Below, in pieces: positions 49,501 through 59,911 of a stretch of 64,000 nt of DNA; the first letter of the stretch is position 1, and each line of letters begins with the position of its first letter. A program made the position numbers and the translations under genes. A model generated the notes under the pieces. It was given only the letters and a program-made list of their open reading frames with translations, made no database searches and had not been told where the DNA came from. The DNA comes from Marsupella aquatica (taxonomy: Eukaryota; Plantae; Marchantiophyta), in the NCBI GenBank assembly GCA_973895155.1, contig OZ316898.1, forward strand, positions 16,101,320 to 16,165,319. The letters are read 5' to 3'.

Positions 49501-49785
49501 CTTGAAGTAGAACAAGGGAGATGGAAGGATATTGACAGGAAAAAGAGGGTTTGTCAACTATGTGATAGCTCTAGTATAGAGAATGAATATCATGTATTCA
49601 TTGCTTGCAAGTTTTATGAGGGGGTTAGGATGGCATCTCAAATCTTGGTGAAAGATTTGTATGCATTGTTTGGTCTGCCCCCTCAGCAACTTGGAAGATA
49701 TATCTTTGCGGTGGATAGGGAAAGGAGAATAGGTTTGGAAAATCTTTCAGGGCTCTCTAGGTCCATAGTTTCTTTGAGGACATAG
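46582..49785 (+). CDS. LINE ORF2 (APE, RT, CCHC)
   Basis: 1067-codon uninterrupted ORF with all EN and RT motifs; first ATG at 46591. Confidence 0.96.
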   Translation: MRVMAWNVSGLSIETTIGGEPLFENFDILLFMETWEYEGNALPSIKGFTCIQSIFNEKKTTRGRGFGGIAVYTKNQLQHITSIEHEDPSKQFMVVRLHTRGTPSFLIVTYFAPLNMNVYKMGIADAHYPFHRLIQVIHDISPLGETWIVGDFNARVSNEQFTESEDLGTLPWSSCSEEIPWVREALDTRTNDMTRHFLHLGASCNLRILNGLERFPQSSGYTFRSKQGCSTIDYLLASPTSATRVVDFQILDQQPESSHLPLLFHLDLTTIPNKVHRKPVPKPLFLDPDREVIFKANFEHLLHTLDDQIELSEVIAQAAASTFSTKPPRKQNMKAWFDEDCARARMQARSHSREKRLLAFTMYKNFIKHKKRCFLKSHQQSLCEEFIKHPKHFWERMQSGKTTPPLDHQDLVTYVTSLYFFPDASGMPLPLGDTIQFTEREVKVHLSHMQHGKAKDLLGLNLELLLWGGPSLLTNLVHELNQAMALGLPKAWMTRRVVPIFKAGNKDDVHNYRTIMVGNTFAKVLGGLLEARLSSWLESEMKRAPSQAGFRREFSTMDHILCLRVLCEKAKSPHKPLFCLFVDFSKAFDKVSRSKLWDRMVELEVPEELRLAVSKLYQEVRIKLSKETSEEIWSTLGVIQGCPLSPTLFGIFIDQLHNILEEHGGVGTQLGRFVLQLLIFADDVVLLAHAQEALQRHLNALEEFCQATGMVVNLKKTKCLGIGTRQNPELYFQGNLVEFVRTYKYLGVEFSQNLSWASCVKSRAANGYRAFYAFMNKCKRAGLHTWRLRKHLFGALVKPVILYGAPIWGAGVSKSGWQQIEGLQKLFLEMELGIKSQTPYALTLAEAGLFPLEVEALFHTLKYIMRVRELEENRFPFHALRSSSAKGWYADVCRWAHAWDFPEHEWPTHPTKLRAKLEQKALHKLWHEPSPRQQYYMRDVNPMKKYREQEYLSSTISVQLRQLIAQYRLSSHHLEVEQGRWKDIDRKKRVCQLCDSSSIENEYHVFIACKFYEGVRMASQILVKDLYALFGLPPQQLGRYIFAVDRERRIGLENLSGLSRSIVSLRT

Positions 49786-52260
49786 TTGTCCTCTTCTGAG
49801 CAATCTCTTTTGGTTGCTCTTTTCTTTGATTGCATTGTACTTTACTTTTTGTGGCAGCTCCTTTGACTTTCATGGTCCCGGAGCTTATAATACATTACCA
49901 TTACCATTACCATTACCATTCATTCTTACCAAACGTTTAGCTGTCGGTGCAGTGCCGGTCCTTCCTGTCAGATTAGGGTTCTGAACACTCAACCTGGCCT
50001 CGGTCATCTGTGAACTCTTCTTTTTTGAAGCATCTATTACAAAATAAGCTACTAACCTTGCCCACACTTTATCATCACAACTGGCTGGTGGAGGCATATA
50101 TGGCTTCTCCCCACCTTCCTTCCAAGCCTTATGCATTCTCCACCTCTCTTGCTTGATGATTTTACCTGTTGTACTCTCTAGGCAACCTATGTCCACGCCA
50201 TCATCACTGCCCACATAATTCCATTTGGCAGCAACATTTTCACATACAGTCTTCCAATCTTTTGGATGCTATTTTTTAAAATTAATAACACTCACAACTA
50301 ACCAACGCAATACTTCAGCTTTCAAATCAGCATGCCATCGGTTCTTGCGAGGACACTCAGCATCCACCCATTGTCTCTCATTCAACTTTACGTTCCCTTT
50401 CTTTGTCACCTCCCCTCGTGCACTGCTCTCGGTAGTACTGGGCGTTGTATTGGCCACCCCTTCATTCACCCTACCTGGGGTTCTGAAGCCACTTGGGAAA
50501 ATACAATGCCATTCATGCTTGAGAACTACATATAGCAGAATGGATGACGGCAACATTCAATGCTTCACTTCAAGAAAAATTCTTCAAACATACATACCTG
50601 TAGCTCTGCCTGTAGATGCCTATGCAGGGACTACACTCTGAAATTGTTGCGACCCTGGACCACTTGTCCAGCCTAGTACAGGGGCCGGATGATGTCACTT
50701 TCTAGGTATGTGTGTGCAAACATATGTACTGAAAACTAAGTACAAACTGTAGGAAAACAACTGAACATTCACCGACATACCTGTCCCCCTTCCGTGTTGC
50801 ATCTGCATAGGGGCATTAGTGAATACTTGAGTCGATGGTTCGACTGTCCAACCTGCACACATACATTTTCTATCTTTATGCATGTGCAGAGTCCCCCCCA
50901 CGTGAATGGACTCCACATATAATGAGTTCTTCCATTGCTGACAAGATCAGACATTACCTGCCCCTCTTCCAGCGTTTGTAGGTACTGTATTTTGATATCC
51001 CTGCCAATTACCTTCACCACCTTCCCAACCTTGTTCATTCCACGACCCACCACCATCCTCCCAACCTGGTTCAACCCATGTCTGTCCTTGTGGACATTGG
51101 AACTGATCATTACTAGCATTTGCCCAATCAGGTTGGGCAGAATCTGCATGCAATGGCAGGTGGACAGAATTTCATGTTGTCTGAATCCAATACATCCCAA
51201 ACAATGTCAAAAATTGATATGCAGTCTGAAATTCAGGAGTGCCATGCCTTCACAAAGAACTGGCATATAGATATATACTCACATCCCCATGGTTGAGGTG
51301 GACGTCCATACCCACGAGATTGTGGGTTTGGACCTGCTCTGCCTCTACCACGGGCATAACCTAGAGCTTGCCCCCTGCCATAGTATTGGGCACCAGCCTG
51401 GGATCTACCACTACTACCACCTCGCCAACCTTGATCAGAGGTCAGCCCCCCCTGCTGGTATGGTGCATGCACAGGCTTCGAAGGCAAAACAGAACTGGCA
51501 GGACGCTGCATCACATCACCAACTACAATGTCAGGAACTAAGCAAGGTACATATGTGTAGTACTGAACATATGAAACCTCTAAACAAGAGTTTTTAACTC
51601 AAAACCTTGTTGGGAAAACTACTTACCTGTTTCTTTTGGGGCTGCTCTGCAATGTATTCATCTTCATAACCCCCATCCTCATCCATTTCCTCTGGAAAAT
51701 ACTCATCATCTGCATCTTCTTGTCTAGTGTCTGCACCCACCTGTGCAGCATCAATGTCATCTCCACATTCTGCCATTGTAGGTACGACCTTCTTGCTCAA
51801 CCTATCACTCCGACGCACAGGCCCAGAGATAGTGTTGGTCACCCTTCTTGCGTACTCCTTTTGTTTCTTTGAAAATGCTGTGGTTCTGCGACATTCCAAT
51901 ATGAGAATACAGTCACAATTTCAGTGCCACATTGAACTATTCATGTCACACAAACTCAGCGGAGGGGTGTAGTTGAGAATCGTTCCCTTACAATTCAGCC
52001 ACATTCTTTTCCAGATCCAGTTCTGCGATTTTGGCTTTCACGTATGCTCGTTGTTCCATAGCTTTCCTTTCATACTCACACATCTCTGTGTCACTCTGTT
52101 CCATCCTACTGGACCACAAAAACATGTCATCTATGGTCACCCCGTATAACACAATGCAACCACAATCACCAGGCATCCATCCGTACATCTGTGTTGCTTC
52201 AGAATTACTTTATTACACATCCTTCCCCTCACTAATGTCCATGCAAACAATTCACATTAC

Positions 52261-55200
52261 TCATGGCACAGGCACACTGTTGGCATCTGCATCTCTGAAT
52301 TCGCCTCCTTCAGCAAATGCATCTACCCTTGTCACAGGAATGAAGTCCCTGCTATCATGAACTACAGGCACTTGGTCTGAACGCCGACGATCAAAGGCAC
52401 TATGAGAGTGTAAATGAAACTCAAGGTTTGATCCTTCCATCCAACGTTGCCTGGCCTGTTTATGACACACTACACGCCAACCTGGGGAGTCTTCCACATC
52501 CAGGAAGAAAGCTTGCTCCACTTGACTAGGAAACACAAATGGCTCAGACCATTCGGGCAATTTCCCTTTGAAATTGGCCAGCAAGAAACCGTCGTTGTCT
52601 CTCTTCATGGTAGCCCTATTACCAAGCCAATCCTGTCGCACCCATGAACCTTTCATAAGAATCATAGGACTGGACACCGCCCCATAATCCAGAGCCCATA
52701 TGTCAACTAATTTTCCCACATATCCCATCTCCATCCAGGCCCTGTCGTGATTGTGGCTCTGTTGCTCAAATACAGTGATGAGCCCGCAGTCATTCGTCAC
52801 CCTGTAGGCACTGTCACCATCCTTCACTCGGAAGTGATTCCCATATGCTCTCATCCGTTTGTAAGTCTTCACTTTCAGGCTAGGGGCATTAGACAGTAGG
52901 TAAACATCTGCATCCATGTCTGGGTGGGTCTCGTGATGCTCTCTAATTGCCACTCTGATCCACTCCATGAAACCTGGAAAAGTTGTTCCTGCAGTGGGAT
53001 GGGCCGCCTTCAATGACTCATACTCCCTGAACGAACAACCACACAGCATTAGCTTGGGTAAACATGAACAGGCTGAAGGAGAAAACCACACGAACACAAC
53101 ATTTAAGCTCATGAACTGGATTATAGCACATGTATGCACTCACTGTATCCAGGGTTCCATCACCACAGTGTTGTGCAATACAAAGTCATGTGCCAAGTCT
53201 CTCATAGATATGGTCAGGTTCTTTGTGGTTGCAGCCCCTTCCAGTACTTCACCTATCACCCCTTCCTCCTCATCAGAATTCCACACCCTGGTCTTCACAT
53301 GCTCATATTGTGCTATGTATTCGGTCAGAAATCCCAGAGTCTCATCCTTGATGTAACCTTTAGCCATGCTTGCTTCAGGTTTGTAATATGTTCTCACGTG
53401 ACCTTTGAGTAGCTTCATGTACCATTCCAAAGGGTACAACCAACGAGCACTCACAGGCCCAAATTGGTGTAGCTCTTCCGCAACATGGACAAGTAGGTGG
53501 GTCATGACATCAAAAAATGCGGGAGGAAAATAAATCTCCAGGTCACACAGCACCTGAGCGACATCTTCTGTCAGTTGTGGGAAGTGTGTTTCATCCCAAA
53601 CCTTCACACAAATACGACGAAACACATCACTGAGTCGCATGATCACAGTACAAACAGGCTTCTACAACAGGCCCCTCAGGCATAAAGGCAACACCTGTTG
53701 CATCAACATATGGTAGTCATGGCTTTTCATACTACCAAGCTTTCTAGTCATGATATGCTTCTTGAAAGCACTGCCATAGTTTGAAGGAACCTTCAAAGAA
53801 CTCAACCTCTGCACAAATAGTTCCCACTCTATGTCTGTCAGAACATAGGGCGCTTGGTACTTCAAGAGCACATCAGCTCTGTGGGCATGTGGCCTCAACC
53901 AAAGATGGGGTTTCATTCCCCTCTGTTCAAGATCCAATCTCACTGAACCAGTGTCTTTCTCTCCACACAAGAATCTGAGTAGACTCTCACAAATGTTCTT
54001 TTCAATGTGCATAACATCAATGTTATGTTTGCTTGGCTCAAACTCCTGCATCGTTGCAATGCAAAAGCGTCAGGAAATGCCTCAAGTTTAGTCTCTCTCT
54101 TCGAAATGAATGCACATGCTTTGAACCAAAACATGTATCCCAATTAGCATCAACTCCAAGAGGCTTACCCTCCAGTACTTGAGCTCCAAGTCCAATATGC
54201 TCAGTCTTTTTACACCATATCGCTTTATTGGATCACTCACTCCATCTTCCCTGCCCCCTCATTTGATATAGTCATCCCTCAGTGCTCCCCACTGCCTGAT
54301 CTCCTCTTTGGTCACTCGTGCCGGGGGTCCACGTTGCTCAATCTCATTGCCAAAGTGTGCAATCAGTGCCTGTCTTTCTCTGTAAGGGTGATCTGCCTTC
54401 ATAAAACGATGATGACCCATGTATATCACTTTCTGCAGGGCTCTGGAGTACTCACTGGTGACATTGCGCCCACAGATAGTACAAGCACAATATCCTTTTG
54501 TTGTTTGGCCTGATATCATCCCATGGGCTGGGTATTCAGCTATAGTCAGAATGACAATGGCTCTAAGGATGAATGAGTTTAACCTCCCAAGCCTCTGTAG
54601 GACATCATATGTGAGAACTCCTTCCTCCCAAAGCTTTCTCAATTCCTCCACTAGGGGAGCCAGAAACACATCTATGTTGGCAGATATAGCATTGTCTGGC
54701 CCTGGTATCAGTAGGACCATCAGAACAAAAAATCGCTTTGTAGTCATCCAAGGAGGAAGGTTATAATTCAAAATAGTTACAGGCCAGCACGAAAATTTGT
54801 TGTTCTTGTCTCCAAATGGGTTTACCCCATCCAATGACAGCCCAAGTCTGACATTCCTCGGCTCAGCAGCAAATTCGGGATACATCTCATCTATGAGTTT
54901 CCATTGCCTTGAATCTGCAGCATGTCGTTGTAGTCCATCATCACTTTTCTTGTCAGTTGCCCAAGTCATCATCTCCGAGATGGCACGGCTTCTAAACATC
55001 CGTTGAAGTCTGGGAATGAGTGGAAAATGACGAAGTACCTTGGCGGGAACCATAGACTTTCCTTAGTTCCGATACCTGTGCTTCCCACACTTAGGGCATG
55101 TCAACGATTCTTTATACTCCTTTCTGAAAAGAACATGCCCATCAGGACAGGCATGGATCGAATCATAGTTCAATCCAAGATTAGATATGCATCTTTTTGC

Positions 55201-55992
55201 CTCGTACATGTTCTTGGGCAAAATATTACCATCTGGTAGCACAGTTGTTCGCAAGAATGCCAACAACTCAAAAACCAAAACGTTGGGGACATTGTGGTTG
55301 CCGCAAATGTTCAGGAACATGATGACAAATCCCAATTTAGAACATTTGCTACCGGGGTACAAAGACTTCCTGCCTTCCTGTATTTGCAGGGGAGAGCCAA
55401 ACATCCCATCATGCCCAGGGGTTTCCTGCCCTATCTCAAACTCATCAAGAGGCTCTTCGACAGGGGGCACACTTGCATCTGCAGCCGTATCCTCTTCGTT
55501 GTCCAGCCCGTCATGAAATGCATCCAAGTCTTGGAAGATGTCTCTCACCATCTCTTCCACATGAATTCTTTCGTCACGTGGTGCTGCCTGAGCACCATCC
55601 CGTTGGAGAGCTGACAACCCACAGAGACCAGCTACAACATTTTCAAATGCACCAGGTAGAACCTCACTTGCCCGTCTTGCAGCATTGGCAGCATCAAATT
55701 CTAACCTCCACTCCTCGTCGGAAGAATCTTCCTCTGCAGGATCATTCCAAACTCGATGTCGTGGATCTCTTCCATGAACCGCGATATGCCACCAAACCTC
55801 ATTCAGACCCCTAGTACGGGATCCTTGGCAGATTGCACAAGGACATCTCATCCTATTGGCTCCTGAAAGTCTGGTTCGTAACCTTTCACGCTGCCAAAGC
55901 TTATTATCATGGCGTGATATCCTTGTGGGATAATGCAAAGACAGTGCCTGTGCCCTGGGCTGGGTCTGGGGAGGGTGGTGACCAGGGTGCAT
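52261..55992 (-). pseudogene. CACTA TnpD-like transposase, copy 2 (complete domain set, three in-frame stops)
   Basis: Transpos_assoc, Transposase_21, DUF4218-like (FPPAFFDVMTHLLVH) and DUF4216-like (EPFVFPSQVEQAFF) motifs; stops at 55063, 54259 and 53662. Confidence 0.93.
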
Positions 55993-56425
55993 TGTAACAG
56001 GCTGGGAGCTCTGCAGTCATGGACAGCAGTGAACAAGGATGCCTAATGGTGGTATTTGTGTTCCATATATCCCTGACTGTATCTGCCAAAAGAGTTAACA
56101 TAACGTGTACTAAATTCTCACAAACCCTAAACCACCCCAAAAGAAAAAAACAGGTTCGCAAGTAGTGTACCTATTGTCAAGTGAATGACACAAAATTCCT
56201 AAATGTTGGAGGGTGTCACCACCTCCTCCGCTGTCCTCAAATGTACCGCCTCTGCATGTACGTTTACAGTGACACCCCCAGGCAGCAGGAAACAACAATC
56301 CACCAATAGTAAAATAAGCCCAACTGCCACCAACCATAACAAGGTACATTAGTTCAAAGATCACATTTATTTCAATGATCTGATTTATACAAAAAAACTT
56401 GTGTCCAAACTGATGCTACTACTCC

Positions 56426-57304
56426 TCACTCTGATTCAGAATCGCTAATGACCCATTCCTCACTTGTTGTCTCATAGTCCTCTCTGTAAGGATCCTGACC
56501 CTTCCGTGGCCAGGCCTCAAAAAGATCATAGTCCATTGGGTTTTGATGCTTCCCAGCTGCTACTGATTCCACAAGCCAAGCATATGAAACCACAAACACA
56601 TTATGGGACATGACATAAAAGCGAATGTCTCCCTTCCCAAACTTGCGGCAGGCTTTGGGATATGACTTAGTAATGACATGAGTGGTGTCCTCTGTTATAT
56701 TCTCCTCCACTGTCCCACCTAGGTCAAGCACTGTGGACTTGTACACTTTGCACTTAACCTCTCCAATTCCCGCCTCCACAAATACCATGCTCAGCCCTTT
56801 CAGAATGGGGGTTGGTTGCTTCGTCTCCTTAGCCAACATACTCTTTAGCCTTGTAGAGCTTTGTCCTTTGTTGAGTACAGGTCCATATTGGAGATCAGCA
56901 AGCCGTGCCTTTGCTTCCCAAACTTCTTGTTCAGCCCAAGCTGATGCAGTAGCTTCTTCATCCTCCCACAACTCATATTGCTCAGTATCCTATACAATCT
57001 TATGTGCTATAGAATCTGTGATCCAAGAGGCCTCAACTACTTTTAGGCCTTGCTTAGTAATTGCAGAATTCATGTAGGACCATGACCACTTCTTTATCAC
57101 TGATAGCCATGTCCCTGCAACAACATGTGTAGTCTCTGGAGTGATGTCCTGAACTACAGTGCCATGGAGCTCAGAGAATCGTTTTTGTACAGTTGGCCAA
57201 TGCACTTTGGTCAACCTATGCTGGCCATGGACCAAAATCGCTCTGATCCCTGTAACCACTGCTGGGTCGTCACACTTTCTACGTTTCCCAGGCTCCATGT
57301 ACAC
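56426..57304 (-). pseudogene. Tandem BRCT cargo gene, copy 2, same in-frame TAG at 56990-56992
   Basis: Near-identical to 20387-21265. Confidence 0.8.
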
Positions 57305-57888
57305 ACACCCTACGTGATGACAGTGAATTTTGGAAGAATGGGTTCACCTGACTATAAGGACAACAAAATTCCTGCTTTTTGAGTTGATCTGGCCCACTGG
57401 TGCTCAGGTCCGATTTTGATAGGTACAAGGGATATGTGAACAATACGTACTAGGCACCTGCACGGATGCAGGACATTGTTTGAATATATACTACAAAATC
57501 CATATCCATGGTGAAATGAAGTGCAACCAACTTGTCATGGCACATACATATTTTGTTGTAAAGGAGGATACATTCAATGACAAATTTATAGGGCAATTTG
57601 ATTAATTGCATGCCTGATAATTTATACGCTTACAACTTAGAAGTCCTGTTTTAATTTAGCAGTCTGATGAAAGTGTTTATGAAAATGACCACTCAGCCTA
57701 AATACTTCCAAGAAGGCTTGTAAGGATAAGTTTGTATAGGCATGTACCCAGCCACTGACGCCAGAGCACAAGATAAGTGCTGCCTATATAAACTCGCCTA
57801 CCCAACTCCTTTTCAAAATTGGAATCTCTGCAATCTCAAAAAATAGTACATCCACATCAGGTGCACTGTGCATGTACAATGTTCAGCT

Positions 57889-58560
57889 TCACAGCCAAGA
57901 TATGTGATCTCTCACAGGAGTGCGCGAGGTAGGATCAATGGCATGGCGATGACAATAAAATATCCATCGATCAACACCATGTGCAGAGTGATCATAGATT
58001 TCTCTGTCACAAGCATAACCCTCTGCTTGACGATCTTTCAGGCAATGATAGTGCCACATAGTGGGACACCTAGCACAGTGGACTATGTCAGTCCAGTAGT
58101 CATCATCATGCTCACCACATGCCTTGCACCTATGAAGTGGGCAAGCTGTGGCATGAGCAGGCAAACACTCAAAACAGAAAAATCTCACACAAAAATGGTC
58201 TGGACATTTCCTAACATTTGCTGCAGCATCAACAGAGCCCTCATAGGACCCCAACTTCCCACACTGTGCATGCTTCTCCAAACAATCAGTGCACATCCAG
58301 TCTCCCTGGTGTGTTGACGGGAGGCCCACCCCTGGACAGTTGTTTTCTGCAGCAAGGTCAGACTCCGGGTTGAGGTGGAAATGCCTCATGCAAGGGCCCT
58401 CACAAATGACCAGGCCCCCACCATCGTCACAAATGGCACAACAATGAGCTGCCTTCTGGAAAATCTGACTTGCAGAGAAGTTAGTAACATCTGCCCCAAG
58501 TACACTTGTGTTTCTCACCTCTGTCACACGCTTTTTGGCTTGAATTTTAGGTCGTGCCAT
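57889..58560 (-). CDS. EDM2-like triple-PHD finger protein (223 aa), CACTA cargo, open frame
   Basis: CAICDDGG..ICEGPCMRHFH...C...WMCTDC...CGKLGS...CPLHRCKAC...CARCPTMWHYHCL...RWIFYCHRHAID....TPVRDHI parallels the plant EDM2 PHD region; 9-bp deletion versus copy 1. Confidence 0.82.
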   Translation of the reverse strand: MARPKIQAKKRVTEVRNTSVLGADVTNFSASQIFQKAAHCCAICDDGGGLVICEGPCMRHFHLNPESDLAAENNCPGVGLPSTHQGDWMCTDCLEKHAQCGKLGSYEGSVDAAANVRKCPDHFCVRFFCFECLPAHATACPLHRCKACGEHDDDYWTDIVHCARCPTMWHYHCLKDRQAEGYACDREIYDHSAHGVDRWIFYCHRHAIDPTSRTPVRDHISWL

Positions 58561-59911
58561 GCCTGCGCATGAGATAGACTCTACAGTTTAGCAGACTGCA
58601 CAGAAAGTAATATATATTTAGCATTTAAGGTACAAAGGCATTTAGATAGACTCTACAATTTAGCAGACTGCACAGAAAGTAAAATATATTTAGCATTTAA
58701 GGTACAAAGGCATTTGCTACTGCAATGAATTGGAATAGCCACACAAGGATGCAGAGCAGACATACTTTTGGTATGTTGAGCCCACACACAAACCTGATCC
58801 CCTAATACAATTGCTCCACCAACACCTCAATTTTAATTGTGACTATGATTCACCAAAGGAGATCTGCAACAACATTTCATGCATTTGAATCACATACAAT
58901 AGTCGTGACATGTAAAACAGGCATTCTTCGAAGAGGATTGGTATGAAGCAGTGTCATAAGGGTTGAAATTTATACATCCTAAATAGGCTATGATAGTGGC
59001 TGAGACAAATAAGTGATGCATAAATCACATTTTACAGGTTATCACATGGCCCATTAATTCATTGAACGTTGCAATGTTCACCAGGTTAAAGCAGTCAAGA
59101 AAGCAGTCTTTCAATAGAGACTTTTATGCGAGTTTGCTAGCCTCTTAAATTAGGATATTTTGCTTAGTGCAGGCATAATAGGATATAAGTTATGTACTGT
59201 TGACCCTAAACCCTGGACCCAAAATTGCTCATACATCAAAATTTTAAGTAAATATCCTCTGTGTTGAAGTCAGAGTGTTAAGCTATAGGTCAATGGTATC
59301 TGGTCTGTGCATGCGGTGTGACAAGTGGTCCTCTAGAGCATGTGATCCAAACATGTGTAGACACCAAAGTCACCGGTGGTGGGATCTGGGAGGGCAGGAC
59401 AAGTGACATCACCAGGCACACTGCAGGATGGCGAGTGGTTCCAGATGATACATTGTGCTCTGTGCAAAAATTGGCATCCAAGAGAACGGTCATCCAATTC
59501 TGGGCCAGAAGCCCTACAAGCAGGACAGTCATATTGGCAACTGTGTACACACCCTTGGCACCTAATTTGTGGCGGGTCATGTTTTGAGACACAAATACCA
59601 AGGATGTCGGGAAGGGTACTGAAGCAGGTAGAGGCCGGCTGTAGTTGTTCCTGGAAACAACAGGGTACTCAAAGTACCATGTAGACTGGGCTGGAAGGAT
59701 CCCAAGTCTGACATACTCAAGGTGCAACATCTCTGCCTTGCGTGCAAGTCGCACATGTTCAGCGTTGCGGGTCCTCACCATAAGTGGTAATGGTAATGGT
59801 AATGTATTATAAGCTCCGGGACCATGAAAATCAAAGGAGCTGCCACAAAAAGTAAAGTACAATGCAATCAAAGAAAAGAGCAACCAAAAGAGATTGCTCA
59901 GAAGAGGACAA

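Larger units (their letters stand above)
45629..49920 (+). mobile_element. LINE copy L6, both ORFs intact, only part of one 5' monomer, TSD ~ccattc
   Basis: ccattc at 45626-45631 and 49916-49921; (CATTAC)4 tail. Confidence 0.95.
44106..52120 (-). pseudogene. CACTA TnpA-like multi-exon gene (exon limits approximate; LINE L6 in an intron)
   Basis: VWARLVAYF...SSQMTEARLSVQNPNLTGRTG (Ptta/En/Spm-type) and C-terminal FHGKRIPPGYYSV...TLGDAAGSLVLWP (Tnp1/En/Spm-type); whether it is intact was not established. Confidence 0.7.

Noticed and set aside
17812-59786. Inverted CACTA copies as an assembly artefact
   Set aside because: The copies differ by many substitutions, indels and independent LINE insertions
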